Shown in pieces: positions 41,961 through 56,003 of a DNA stretch of 64,000 nt. The notes under the pieces were generated by a model, which searched no databases, was not told the origin of the DNA, and saw only the letters and a list, made by a program, of their open reading frames with translations. The first letter of the stretch is position 1; each line of letters opens with the position of its first letter. Source of the stretch: Camelus ferus (taxonomy: Eukaryota); assembly GCF_009834535.1 (NCBI RefSeq), contig NC_045697.1, positions 45,758,001-45,822,000 on the forward strand, given 5' to 3'. The position numbers were made by a program, and so were the translations under genes.

Positions 41961-44939
41961 TAACAATTCTAACCCCAGATATCTCATAATTTTGAGATAT
42001 ACAAGCAGTATATTTAAAAATAATTTAATGACATTTTCATATTATCAGTATTTAGAAAATATTTTAAAATATTGATAATAATTCAGAATCATTTGCCACT
42101 TCACAATTCATAATAATGGGTATCAAAACAATTTTTACACTTTAAATGTTCTCTTTTCCTTTAAGGAATCCTTAAGCATTTAGAATCCTCAAGGAATAAA
42201 TAAGATTACTACAGATAAAAGTTCCATATTTTCAGCATTGGTTTAAACAGTAGATGCTGACCCCAAATGCAAATGATAACCAGTATTTTTCTTTTTGTTT
42301 GGTGATTCTTTATGAAAAATCAGAAGCTATTAACAATAAATTAAAATTTAAGTAATAAGAAGGTACATTCAGAAAGGTAACTTTTTCAAAGCATTTAAAA
42401 TTTCAAAAAAATGTAAATGATTTAAAAATAGAACAAATGTATAGCTGGAGAGACAAAAGAATTGGATAAAAAAAAAGAAAACTAATGAAAAGTCACTAAG
42501 TTCTAGCTTTATCCTAATAACGAGAAATACATGTCAGAGAGCACATTAACTATTTGACTCGGTTTTGACAAGAGCAAATGAGTATCTTTGAGAATCAAAA
42601 ACTGTCAATGATTTTGAGGAGTAATCATAAAAAAACTAAATAGAATTTTTTGGAAACTTTGAAAAAGAAAAATTCTCTAGCTTTTGACAGAGATTGCTAA
42701 GAATTTTCAAAGTATACATAAAGTAACTTAAAATATATCTTGAAGGTCCCGTAACTATTCTGTACAGTATCAAAATGCAACAGTAATGGTTCTGCCTTAA
42801 AAATGTTCAGTGCAAACACTGAAATAGCCAAGGAGATAAAGTCTCACTTTTCTCTTAATCTGAGCTGAGAATTGGTCTATGCATATTCAAAATGATGTTG
42901 CACAATTTAGTGCAGCTGTTCATTTCGAGCAGATGAGAGGAAATCATTAAAGCAATGTCCAACCACCTGACTTCCACCTTCAAATAGAAGAAGTGGCAGA
43001 GAGCAGGGAGATGGTTTACATGCCAATAAAGGGAATAGGGTGACAAAATGTAAATTTCTTTGTGATATCTGTGAATGTTTTTGTAAAATGCAGTTGGCAG
43101 CTTTCCAGCTTTCCTTGAGGGGGCCCCACATTTATAATTTCAGCAGCTAAAATTCATATAATTACAATTTCAATTTCACTTTGAGGATATTGTTAGGCTT
43201 CTTTTGTGCTTGATCGACTGAACAGCTGTGTCTTCAAGTTGAAGTGTCTACTCACTATTTCAAACATTTTAAGAAAATAAAATGAAGCTCATATTTGGGA
43301 CTACTATTAAAAGGAAAAAATATTCTCATGCCCTTGGAAGATGAGGGGATTGCTTTATTATTTGCTCTCAAGAACAACACATGCAATGCATATTTGAAGC
43401 CAACACAGCTGCAGAACACACTTACCATACCAATTCTGTCTACTCAGTGTCCTTTCTAGCTTTTATATAGATTCAGTTTAAGACACATGAAATGTAGTTA
43501 CTTCCATGATTCCAGAATATTTGTTTTTAAAATCAGTATTTTAGTAATGTTGCATTAGGTACCAATGGAAGATAGCTTATCTTAGTACTTTCCAGTGAAC
43601 TTTTAATTTTCTACTGACATTTTAGCCTCAGATAATCACTTATTTATATCAGAAAATTTCAAGATAGATGAATCAGACATAAAACACAGAGTGACCAAAA
43701 ACCTGAATAAAGGAGAGAGAACACGAACCACAAACACATTATTTAGTATAAAGTTCAACAAGACCTAATAAAAACTATTGGGACTTTGGAGCACTGCAGA
43801 GTTTACAAAAATTCCATGAGCCATCTACACTGATGAATAAATACTACCTAAATACCTGCCATCTAACTTTATGCCTTTTTTTGTGCCTCTCTTTTTCCTG
43901 AGAACATAATGAATCACTAAATGTGCTTCATCTTCCTTCAACAGGAGCAATCAGACAGATACACATGAATCCAACAGCGTACTGATGTTGTCTACCTTGT
44001 TAATCAGCTTTTAGAAGATGCCCATCATTCCCCAGTGCTCCAGCATCATGGAGCTTTAATGATCAGGTTAGCCATAATTTGAAGCAAATATTACACTTGA
44101 AATGTAGTAACTAACTACAACAAGTAAGCACCTGAAATTAAACCAACTTAATGCTTGTCTACTACATTCATATACAAAAATGAATTCTCTTTAATTAGCA
44201 TTCTACGCATACCCACATATACATTATAGACATTACTGATATGTAAGCAAATTGGACACAGACTTCATGTCAGTGAATAATTTCATAAAACACTCATGTG
44301 AGATGTCCAGCAAGAAAAGAACACTAGACTGTTGTCTAATTTATTGAGAAAAAATACCTTAGACTATGAAAAAAATTTCAGTGTTGGAGTGTAATATTTC
44401 AAGTGATAAACAGTAATTTTAGTGAAAATCAAAACCACTTTAATATAAAAATATAGTATCTCTTGATACCATTGTGAATATCCATCTTGTATTATAAAAA
44501 GCATTGTATAACTGAGTAACCTCTTTTGAAACAGTTTCTGATTTTCCCTTTGCTCTCAGACATCAGCTGTCCCTTCACACTTTTATGCCTGTGCTTACCA
44601 CACAAGTACTTTCCTCTAGGAGAACTGGGAAATCAGATACTGAAATTTATAACACACTCTGTTTAAATTAGATGGTCAGGATTATGAATAGCCCCTTTTA
44701 TCTATCAAAAAATTTAATTTTGATTTTATCTTACCTTTCTTAAATATCCTATATTCCAAAAATACCCTAAATTTATGCTAATTTTAATTAGTCTTTTTAA
44801 AGAATGTGCAGTATCAGTAAAATTAAAACAAATGTATTTTAAATTTGTGACTTTTTTGTTTTAAATAGACAAATAAATACATACATATGTTTATTATTTT
44901 AGTATTATGTATATATGTTTAAACATATATCAAATATAC

Positions 44940-45351
44940 ATTTTTATTGAAGTATACATATTTATTTTACAGCTGATTTACAATGTTGTGTTAACTTCAG
45001 GTGTACAGCAAAATGATTCCGTCATACATATATATATTCCTTCTCAGATTCTTTTCCATTATAACTTATAACAAGATATTGAATATAGTTCCCTGTGCTA
45101 TACATTAGATCCCTGTTGTTTATCTATTTTACATATAGTAGTCTGTATCTGTTAATCCTAAACTCCTAATTTATCCCTCCTCCCTCCTCCCTCCTTTCCC
45201 CCTTGGTAATCATAGTTTGCTTTCTGTCTGTGAGTCTATTTCTGTTTCATAAATAAGTTCATTTGTATCATGCTTTTAAATTCCACATATAAGTGATATC
45301 ATATTGTGATATTAGTCTTTCTCTGTCTGACTTACTTCACTTAGTATGATA
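44940..45351 (-). mobile_element. 5'-truncated L1 3' end (cetartiodactyl-type) with TSD
   Basis: Begins ttttttattgaagtata, continues tacaatgttgtgttaacttcaggtgtacagcaa...gttccctgtgctatac...gacttacttcacttagtatgataatc. Flanked by atcaaatata (44929-44938 and 45352-45361). Confidence 0.88.
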
Positions 45352-45889
45352 ATCAAATATATTTTTTAAAAAAGTGCTAAAGATGAAATATAGAATAGTT
45401 TTAAAAATAAGCATGCTTGATTTCCCCCCCAAATTTACATCTCACACTTTGTGAAATAGTGTTTTAAAAATCTGGTTCTAAATTTGGATTAATTGCCCAC
45501 TTGCTTTTGATGTCTGTCAGAGCTGAAAAAAAGATAATCACAAACTTACTTAAATGCAAGTAGAAAAATTACAAATCGAGAAGCACGAACTAAATTAAAA
45601 CCCTCATTTTTCAATTACATTTACAAATTATGCAATAGTTTTGGTTAAAACTTGGTTAGCAAATTTACATCTTCTCTAATGTTAATCTGTTTTTCCTGAT
45701 AAATTAATTGAAAGATATTAGACATTATATTTTTTAATTTTTTAAAATGTCTTTTGTTTAATCTACTGTCCGCAAAGGAAGCTTTTTCACATTTAGAAAA
45801 TGTTTTCAATAATGTGTAGGAAAGAGTGCTTAAAGAATATAGTTTTTATTTTTCACAAATAGTTTCCAAAAGTCACAAAAACCTCTTCA

Positions 45890-46125
45890 AAATTAGGAGT
45901 TTGAGATTTACAGATACTAACTAATATATATAAAATAGATAAACAACAAGTGTATACTGTATAGCACAGGGAACCACATTCAATATCTTGTAGCAACTTA
46001 CGGTGAAAAAGAATATGAAAATGAATATATGTATGTTCCTATATGACTGAAGTATTGTGCTGTATACCAGAAATTAACATAACATTGTAAACTGATTACA
46101 CTTCAATAAAAATATATTAAAAAAA
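45890..46125 (+). mobile_element. 5'-truncated L1 3' end (cetartiodactyl/camelid-type)
   Basis: aaattaggagtttgagatt...atagataaacaacaag...ctgtatagcacaggga...ccagaaattaac...cttcaataaaaa followed by an A tail. Confidence 0.88.
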
Positions 46126-46552
46126 GATTTAGAAGATTTAAAGATTTATTTTCTAAAATTTTAAATGCATAGATGATTATTTAGAACTGTCCTGAAATTA
46201 CTCAGCAATGAAGTTACACAGAAGTGAAACAGTTTCAAATCAAATTTCAAAATGCTCTCTCCTATAGCAAACAAGAGTTGCTTCAAAAAGTGGTTTGTCT
46301 TCATGTTCTAGGTGCTTGACTTGCAAATCACTGAAGCTTCATACTTTCATTACTAATATCTGAAGGCTCTGTACACACTTTCGTAAGATTTACTGTTAAA
46401 GATAGTGGCTGTGAATCTACATTTCCAACTGTTTTCTTGCTAAAATCGAATTATAAAATCTAATTTAAAATCTACTTTAGTTTTGCCAACTTCTTGTTAT
46501 TCTAATTAGTGCATCACTGTTTTTATCTCCAGTGTGAATGATGAGCTGTATC

Positions 46553-46640
46553 ACCTTCCTTTCATCCTTTTTTCCCTTCCTTTCTTCCTTCTTTCCCCTC
46601 CTTTTACCCCTTCTCCCTCCTCCCCTCCCTTTCTTTCATT
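46553..46640. repeat. Polypyrimidine low-complexity tract
   Basis: About 85 nt of almost pure C/T. Confidence 0.8.
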
Positions 46641-46984
46641 TTGCACAAATAGTTGTCAGTTTCTTGTCCATTTTCTGAAGGTTAGTTTAATTAAAACTAG
46701 ATATTGTAATTGATAAATACATTTGACCTGGCACACATTAACTGCAATATGTCAATATATGCTGAAAGAAAGAAAACAAGGTACCGTTGCCAACTGCTAG
46801 AATTATTTAATTCCCCCTCTTTCATCAATATATTGTGTTTTTGTTAATAGCCAATGACATATATGCAGATTGGAATGGAATACATAGATTGAATGAAAAA
46901 AAAAAACAGTGCCAATCCAGCTAATCCATATTTTAATACTAATAAAGATTAATTTCTTCCCAATTTTTTACATTGAAAACAAAC

Positions 46985-47160
46985 ACAAATCTTCTCGGCA
47001 CAAAAAAGAAATTATAATAATGTGATGTGATAGAGGTGTTAACTAAAGCTACAGTCTTAACCATATTGCAGTATACAAATGTAATAAATCAACTCATTGT
47101 ATACCTTAAACTTACACAGTGTTATATGTCAATTTTATCTCAATTAAAATAAATAAAACC
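46985..47160 (+). mobile_element. Short L1M (L1MA/MB-type) 3' end
   Basis: atgtgatgtgatagaggtgttaactaa...ttgtataccttaaacttacacagtgttatatgtcaattttatctcaattaaaa. Confidence 0.75.
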
Positions 47161-48219
47161 CAAATATACATATGAATTCTAATGTTTTCTCCATGCCCCA
47201 CACTGGCTTATCTTGCCCACCCTTGAGGTTTGTGCTTTGGAGACCACTGATATGAACATTGAGGTGACATGATTTTTGAACAGGAGGATAGTATCGATAG
47301 ATCAGTGTTCTAGAATGTTCACTCTGTGTAGAGAATAAATTTGAGTAGGCAATATAATAGATCAATAAGAAGGCAATTTATAATTTTTAATTTTTTACTA
47401 CACATGTAATCCAGCTGAATAAAAATGAAGCCCTAAACTACAACAATCAGAGGGAAGGAGGAAAGGAAACAGATGGCTCAGGTGGAGTCACTGGAAATGG
47501 AGAGGTGAAGGGGAGACAACTTGAAGACGCCTCCTTAGGAGTCTTACCTGTACCACTTGGCAGTAGCCCTGCAATTCATCAAAACATGGCACAGGAAAAG
47601 GAGGTTTGGGTGTGAGGAATTAAGCATCTGCTTTTATCTGTAGTTGATATACAAGTAGGGCATGCAGCAGAATACAGAAGTGTGGAGCTGAGAAAAGAGC
47701 TTTGGGATAAAAATTAAGCATCATTTTACAGTCTTAAGTGGACAGCAGAGGCAAGGGGCATTGTCTGTGAAGGCCACTGATAACATAAGGCAAAGGAAAG
47801 AAGAGGCTCTACGTCTTTTATTAACAAGTTTGACACAGTAGCAGTATTTTAGACTCGCCAGTTCTCCATCTGGAAAACATGGAGGTCTGAGACTCTGTGC
47901 CAACAAGGCACACACAAGGTGAGTAAACTGGAGGTGAGGCTAGCTTAGAAGCTTATGTTCATTTTACGTGCTGCTTGGGCAAGAGAACTTAGCCAAGGTA
48001 TTTCTGACAGAGAAAACTGAACAGCCAAATCAGGAGGGCATCCACCAGAGAGGAGTGAGGGAGCACCAGAGGTAGAACAGACACACAAGAAGGGTAGGAG
48101 GTCAAAACAGTGTGGGCACATGATGGGGAGGGGGGGCACCAGACATGAGGGAAGTACCTGGCACACAGGACATGTTCAGAAATATTGACTGTTCTTATAT
48201 TTATTTCAAATACTTTTGC

Positions 48220-48500
48220 AATTTAAAAAATTAATCATTAACATATTTTAACAACTTATTCAAAGCAAGTCTATACATACATAATGTATATATATATGGA
48301 ATAATTATAACAAAAACCTGTGTGACCACCACCAACTGACACATTCTCAGTACCTTTGTTGCCCCTATTCACCCTCCCTGATTACACTCCCTGCCCTCTC
48401 TCCCAGAGGAACTACTAGCCTGAAATTACTGTTTTTCATTTTTTACTTCTTTCTATAGTTTTGCCAAATGTATAAATACATACTTTATAAAATATTGTTC
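48220..48500 (-). mobile_element. L1ME-like relic
   Basis: cctgtgtgaccaccacc...ctcccagaggaactactagcctgaa, an antisense L1ME 3' UTR pattern. Confidence 0.5.
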
Positions 48501-49189
48501 ATAAAATTTTTGTACCTGGTGAAATTTACCGCATGCAGAGAATCCACTTGATGAAATATTTTTGGCACTGCTGAAGTCCTACATCCATTAACAACAGTAC
48601 TTCATCATCTAAAATGTACAGTGTCATTTCTAATGCAAAACATTTATTGGCAACCATGTAGTCAGCTTCAAGTTCTCATCAGATGAAAATTTTATTGTGA
48701 CAATCACAGCCTAATTTGTCTTGCGTGTTTTGAAAGACAAGCGTACCACTGATTTTTATCTTCTAGCATAAGTGTAGCTTTTCATCTTCTTAGGAATTCT
48801 CTGCTCTGTTCTACTTTCAAAACCACCCAAATGCATTAATTTTGAGTAGAGTATGTCCTAGTTTCTCATTGTAAGAGCATTATCTTTCTCTTAGAGAGAA
48901 TTTATTAGCCCTGCAACATTATTAAGTCCTCAACCTTGCAGTTTAAGTGAATTCTCAAATTCATAAATATATGGACTGTTTAAATGGGCTTTGACTTTGT
49001 CCTGAATGAAACTGAATTCTATGTAACACATTAATATTTCAAAATTTAACTGAGAGTTTTTTCCTTTAATGTGCCCATTTACTACAGTGCCACACCTCAC
49101 ACACATACACAAACACGTGTGCATGCACCTAACAGCCTAGACAGGGAAACGAGATCTTTAGACTAATCAAAATATATATATCTGTATTT

Positions 49190-49900
49190 CAAAAACACTA
49201 TAAACAAAATATTGAAGCCAAGGACAAGGGGAGAAAAATACTGACAACCTAAATGACAAAAGATACCAGTTAAATTCACAGAAAAGTACACTGATGTGCA
49301 ATTCATAAAAAATCAAATAGCCAATATATGTAAAACATGTTCATTATCAAAGAAATGATTTTTAAGCAGAATATTACAAAAGAATAAAAAATAACAAAAA
49401 CAATAATGAAATAAAGATACCATCTAGGATGGGAGATTTTAGAGAAAGCAGGCGTTTAAATTGGGTAACTATTTCACATTACAAATCAAAAGCCTTAAGA
49501 TGCTTACTGACTACATCCCAGTACTGTCCTATAAGAGATGGGCATGAATAGGTCTCAGGCAGCACATCCTCATGGCTACCTCAGAGACAATATGAACAGA
49601 GCATATCCCAACCATAGATGACTGGCTAAATAAAATGTGATACATTTAGATGATAACATTTGTGTTACTCACTAAGATCCTGTTCTTGAAAAATGATTTA
49701 GAATATTAAAAGATGCTAAAGAGATATGCTAAGTAAAGAACTGAAGTTTAAAAAATGATGTATCAATGTAATTTTATAGGAAAATAGTTTTTAAAAAGTA
49801 GGTTTCATAGTTGTATGTATCTATAAAAGTTATATACTACAAAGTACATTTTGGGGATGGTAGAATAAAAAGTAACTTTTTTGTCTTACTGATGTTTCTA
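49190..49900 (+). mobile_element. L1ME-like relic (ORF2 end and 3' UTR)
   Basis: caaatagccaatatatgtaaaacatgttca...catatcccaaccatagatgactggctaaataaaatgtgatacat. Confidence 0.5.
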
Positions 49901-52714
49901 AAACCATTTTCTTTAAGTATTAATGTAAAACTGTCCTGTTAAAAATAAGTACCCTAATATACAAAAATCACAGCTCTCAATATATGAATACCATGAATTC
50001 TGCAAATTCTTGCAACTATTAACCCTCACAACATATTTTAAAATGGTTCTATATATATTCTGTATTCATATTTTCTTGTACTATATGTGTTATATAAGGC
50101 ACTTCTGTACTACTGAAACTATTTTGTCACTATTTTGGTTATTTACAAGCTAACCTCTCAACTGAAAGCCAGTGCAGCACTGAAAAAAGGTAATACAGTT
50201 GTACTTCTTTTCCTTATTAATGAATAAAACTAAAAGTCCATTTTGCAAGGAACATATTCTTCAGTGATTTATGGAAGGAAACTCCTGAATGCCTAACATA
50301 CATGAAACTGAACCATATGACAACAATTAGGAATCTTTCAAAAACATTTAGGATTCCAATTTTAGTGGTCTTTTAGTAATAATACTACTTGACCAAACAT
50401 TTTTCTACACAATAAAACTGTGTTTTTATATTACCTTTTCATTTTATTTAGAAATAATGATTAGTTTTAATCTAAAGTTTTTTAAATTAACTTTTCACTT
50501 TTGTCAAATGCCTCTGAAATACTGAGTTAACAGTGGACTTTCTGAATAGAAGGGGAAAGCACCAATAAAGTAGAAGTAAATGAAAATTTCTTAATTCCAC
50601 TAATTTGGAATTTATTTTTAAACATCAACAGTAATTGCCTTCAAACAAAGTGAAACTGTTTGATTAAAGTCATATATTATTTTGCATTGCACCATATCAG
50701 TATTGCTGTCCCTGCCTCTGGTCTCCTCCCCCTTCAAATTATGTCCAGTAAGAAGATCCAAAATACGTATCCGTCAAGTCAAAATGAAATGTCATCTCCT
50801 CTATGAAGGAGCTTCCCAACAGGGAGAATTAGTCATTGCTTCATAGATTCTCCCATAATACCTTACACTCGTCTTAACAGATGTTCCATAAATTAGTGAT
50901 AGGTGTCATTTTCAGACTCAGGCAACAGCAGTGGCTCAAAAAAAGCCACTTACCAATGCCTTGGCCCTCAGGCAGCTTCCTCCTGACTCCAGGACCAATA
51001 GCTTCTTTCCTTCTCTATAAATACTTTCTCCTTATCTTGTACCATCCTTTGCTGAATTTCCTCTCTCTGCAATTACCTTTCCCTCTATCTGCCAGAAAAT
51101 TGTAAGGCTGAGTTTAAACTGTATTTCCTATGTGAAGTCTCCTCTATTCCCTTACTGGGAAGTAAGCTCACCAGCCTCTGATTTCCTTTGTGTCAATGTG
51201 ATATTGTCTTGTTCTTACTCTTGTTTCTAGAAAGCCCAGGCAGGATTGGAATCACTTTTGTACACTCAAAAATGGAATATTTGAAATATATTTTGATAAA
51301 CACTCTTCAGATGAAAACTTACATAAATCCCCCAATGTATTAAAATGTGCTTTAGAATTTCTTGCTTATGTTTGCATTTATGATCTTTATGTATTTTGTA
51401 ATTAATCATCGAAAACAATGAGGCTGCTTTGAGAGACAGCTGAAGAGAGAAATCTGAGTAAAATTTATTTTTATGTCCATCAGCTAAACTTTTTCATTTA
51501 TTTTGAAGTTTCTCTAGGTTGTACAATATAAAAAAATTGTGACTCACAAAATTAAGTTGCAAAAGATGTTTAAAACCTTATTTTCCAATCCCAAGATCTT
51601 TTAGTAACATTGCCCCAGAAGCATGAAAGAGGAGTAGAAGGAAATGTCTAAGTTGAATTATGGTAGAAGTCCTCGTCACTGACACAATTAGACTGGTAAG
51701 GAGTCTGTGTGACAAAACAAAACTAAACAAACAAACAAACAAAAACCCAAAAAACAAAACCACAGGGAGAGGATTATGAAAGGATACAAACAATTTTTTA
51801 TGTAAAAGATACAAAAGGCCACATAGTTGCCATTTTTAAATTATGGATAAAGCCTTTTCCAAGCAAGTAGCTGCTCTTCAGAGCTGCTTATAATCCTTCT
51901 TTCTCCAATGCATCATCTATAAAGTCTAGTGTTTTTCTTTAAAACATAGCAGGAACTTAAAGATACTTTAGTAGCAACTTTCACATGAAAGTTCCCAGTA
52001 ATTTATAATTGTTTTTTCTACTCCTAATTTAACTGTGATTTTAACCAAAATTTTCCAAAGCATTTAACTTACCTTTCTTAGAAACAGCATTTCTTTTTGC
52101 CCCCATATTTCATTTCCTTACATAACATTCAATTCAATTACGTGAATGATTCAATATTAAATTTAATGTAATAGTAAAAAAGAGAAAAACTAGCATAAGC
52201 AGGTTTGGAAACCAAAATAAATGGCTCTTAATTATCACACAGCACAGTAGAGGGGGCAGGAGTGCACAGAGCACGCAACCAAGCATCTCAGCTAACTTCG
52301 AATATCCATCCTACCACGGGCTTTCAGAGGAAATGGATCATTTCATATTACAGTGAGTCAGGAAATGTAGATTTAGAGGCTTTCTATGGTACTAACTACT
52401 TAGTATTTGGACTCCCTTCTAAATACATAAAATACAGAGAAAACATAAAATACATGTGAAATCTATCCATAATAGCATTTTAGTACTTGCCATTAAAATA
52501 TTATTTGATATCATTTAGCTGACTACAAAGATAAGAGCAGCAATGTGTCTGAGACCTGACTGATGTTTAATTACACTCTATGCAGGTGAGTTGAAGTAAA
52601 CATTGATTAATTTAATTCATGTTTACTAACTCCCAAAACATGCGATAAACTGTGCCAGGCTCAAGAATTATAATGCTAAAAAGATCCTCTTCTTTATAGA
52701 ACTTATATTCTTGA

Positions 52715-53251
52715 GTTGCAGTCTCCAAACTTTTTGTTCACACATTTCTACCAGTAAAATTATTGGAGGATTATCTATATTTATCTATTTATAAAATATG
52801 CTTATCAATATACTTATCCATATATATGCATATTTATATGTATATTTATAAATTATATGCATGTAATTCTGCACATATTATGTTTCATGAAATATGCATA
52901 GTCAACTTTGGATTCCATAGTTCTGAATGCGGTAAAATTATTTGTCACTTCCACCATTTATCTAAGGGACATGAACAGAAGTGAGTTTTTCTTTTTAACA
53001 TGACCAATGCAAAGATACAGTCATTCATTTGATTAAAAAAAGTTATAAGATGAGCCAAGTGCACTGTGGTTGAGAGTTTATTTCATGGTCTACCCCCAAA
53101 ACAAGTACACCTGTCTTCATAAATTAATAAATTGGTGGACTCAAAAAACTTAACAACACACATGAGAGTGTTTTAAGTTATATTTTAAGGAATGTTTGCA
53201 GAGCCTCTGCAAAACCCTAGCCATCAGCAGCACATGGTTTGAAGACCACTG
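52715..53251. mobile_element. hAT-Charlie family DNA transposon relic
   Basis: Degenerate TIRs gcagtctccaaactttt ... ggtttgaagaccactg around an AT-rich interior. Confidence 0.5.
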
Positions 53252-53709
53252 GTCTCTGGTCTGGGGCATCGAGGGTAGTGTCTGGCACAGACGCTCTCTC
53301 TATAGTATTTATTACTTGACACATTATTTTAAGGAGAATTGTTCATATACTTGAACAACAAACTGTACTCTTACACTTTATTTTTCAGTGCTTCGAAAAT
53401 ATTTATAAATTCAAAGAATTGAAAAACCAATTGAAATCCAGTGTTTAGTCTTTTGTTTTTCTCTCATTCTATGTTTTAAAATCATAGTGTCAGATCAGAG
53501 ACTATACTGTAAAACTGAAACATTTATTATCCACTCTGATTTTATATTACTTTATTAGCACAACTAAATATGGCTTATAGGCTGGAAAAGGAAAAAAAGA
53601 GGGAGAGGGAAGAGAGAGGGGCAGGGGAGAGGTATAAAAGGGAAGGTGGAAAGAAGAACAAAACAATACCAAGGGTTCCCATGTTATCTGGAGGCTTGGA
53701 TTGGGAGAA

Positions 53710-54490
53710 GACAGTGAACGTCACTAGTCAATATGCACTATTCTCCAGAAATGAATATGATAAAAGTGTGACACGTGGCCTTGTTTTCCGATAAAACTTT
53801 CAAGATGATTTGTCTTGCTTTTTTCTAACCTTCAAAACCCTCGAAAATTAAAGTGGCTTACACAGGCGATAATGAATTAAATGTAGAATTTGTAAACACG
53901 CAACTGAGAATATAGCTTCTTCGGGCATAAATTGCAGCACTCTTAATCTGGACAGTAGATCTATTGCAATGAGCTGATGAGAAATTAGGATAATAAGTCA
54001 CCAACAGTCATCAATTTAAATTGGATGCAGGAGGCCAGCACAGGCATGGGGCTGTTTGGTGACAGTAATAAGGATATGGTGGAAGAATTTCCAGGCTGAC
54101 TAAATATCACATCTGGGTGAAGCATGTCTGTTCCTGTCTTTTTCTTTTATTTAACAAATATTGCACGGGATGAAGGAATGTCAGGGCTAAACTCTCTACC
54201 GCAGACGTAGAACACATGCGTTTGTGCCAGCTCAAAGCAAGATTACAGACCCGGGAGGCACTGTTGTGGTCTGGCAGTTGAATCGTCCATTTTCATTAAC
54301 TTGTGGTTCAAAGATACCACCACGTTTGAGAAAGGATGCTGCCTTCTCGATGACTGTGTGTTGAAAAATAATTCCTAAAAGCTAAAGCGTGGAAAGAACC
54401 ACATGTTTGGAGATCATGCTAAATTTCAAATATTTCTGACTGAAAGCAATTCACAGTAAAAACACAGGTTCTAAGCAAAAATTATCTTCG
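53710..54490. promoter_or_regulatory. CpG-retaining unique region, putative enhancer
   Basis: 17 CpGs counted by eye in ~780 bp against a strongly CpG-poor background. CACGTG at 53772, TGTAAACA at 53891 and three RUNX-type TGTGGT/ACCACA sites. Confidence 0.35.
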
Positions 54491-55498
54491 CAGATAATGT
54501 TTCCCAAGTATTTCCCTCATTTTTACTTGCTATTGTTTGTGAAGGAAAATATGCCAAGTAACAGAAAGAACTTCACACAACAGAAGCCCAATATCTCTTC
54601 CCTATCTCAAAAATAATCCAAGTGACAGGAAGACATTTCAACTACCCAGAGAGCTGTTAGCGCTCCCTTTTTTCTAAGTTATTTTACATCTCGTAAGTTA
54701 GATGACTTGCAACTGACTGTTGCAGGGTGACTTAAAAAATTAGTGTTAATCATTTACGAATACAGTATTAATTTAAATGAGCTTTAATATAGGCAGTTAC
54801 TTGCATTATATAGAGGAAAATCTCTTGTTCTCAATGTCCATGTCATCTACTTGAATAATGGTATTTCATCTATTCTTTCAAGGCAAAATAAAAGTCAGAC
54901 TACTTCTACAATATAGAGAGGAGTTTGCCCTGGCATTATGATACTGTGGCTAGCACTGACCATAAAAATCATTGAGATGTTGGAAGCAGAAGAGAATTTT
55001 TCATTTTCTAGATAGGGACCCAGGCTGTAATTTGCCCAAGCAAGGGAGTTAATGAAAGGCAGGGCTTGGCTGGTGTCCAGCACCACTCTACTGTGGGATG
55101 CTTCCCAACTGCACAGCTCTAGACACACTGCACAAATGCGGCATCAGGAGATTCACTGTCACAAACAGCCTAGACACAGGGGAAGGAACAAGAATCAATT
55201 ATCTTCAATAGCCAATTCATTTTACTCTCATAGTCCACTGTGTTTTCAAACTCATACACTAAACTCTTACTGTACAAGGGTGATTTTGTTGGAACACCTA
55301 AGAACACCTCAGCGGAAAAGATATCCCCAGCCTCATAGCCACTCATGCTACTCATATGTTTGCTTTCACATTCTCTCTTTCCAAATGACATCTCACTCCA
55401 TGCTCCTTTTGGGGGTGGGGGGAGGTGTCTGTGTCTGTATGTCTCTGTGTGTCTTGTGTGTCTGCGTCTGATTTGCATACATTTTCTAGGGTGAATCC

Positions 55499-56003
55499 AT
55501 GTGTTATGTAGAATAGTGGGCCCCAAAGATACTCACATCCTAATCTCCAGAACCTGGGAATATTCTGGTTAAATGGCAAGGGGGAATTAAGGTTAGAGAT
55601 AGAATTAAGTTTGCTAATTATGTAACTTTGAGATGGGAAGATTATTCTGGATTATCTGAGTAGGTCCACTGTTAGTTATAAGGGTCTTTATAAATGGTAG
55701 AGAGAGGCAGAAGAGGGAGAACACAAGAGGTGGCAGCATGAGAAAGATGCACTCCTATGTTGCTGGAGGGATCACAAACCAAGGAATGCAGGTGGCCTCC
55801 CTGAGCTGGAGACAGCAAGGGAACAGATTCTCCCCTTGGATTTTCAGAAGGAATGCGGTCATGCCAACACCTTCATTTTACCCCAGTGAGACCCGTTTCA
55901 GGCTTCTGACCTCCAGACTTCTAGAATAATGAATTTGTGTTGTTTTAAGTCACTAAGTTTTAAGCCACAGCAATTTGTTACAGCAGCAATAGGAAACTAA
56001 TAC
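55499..56003 (+). mobile_element. MaLR solo LTR (MLT1D-like), near full length
   Basis: agaatagtgggccccaaagat...gagatgggaagattattctggattatc...caaggaatgcaggtggcctc...ttctgacctccaga...aatttgttacagcagcaataggaaactaatac. Confidence 0.88.

Noticed and set aside
43204..43215. ttgtgcttgatc matches the 5' part of miR-218
   Set aside because: The match ends after 12 nt and there is no hairpin partner.
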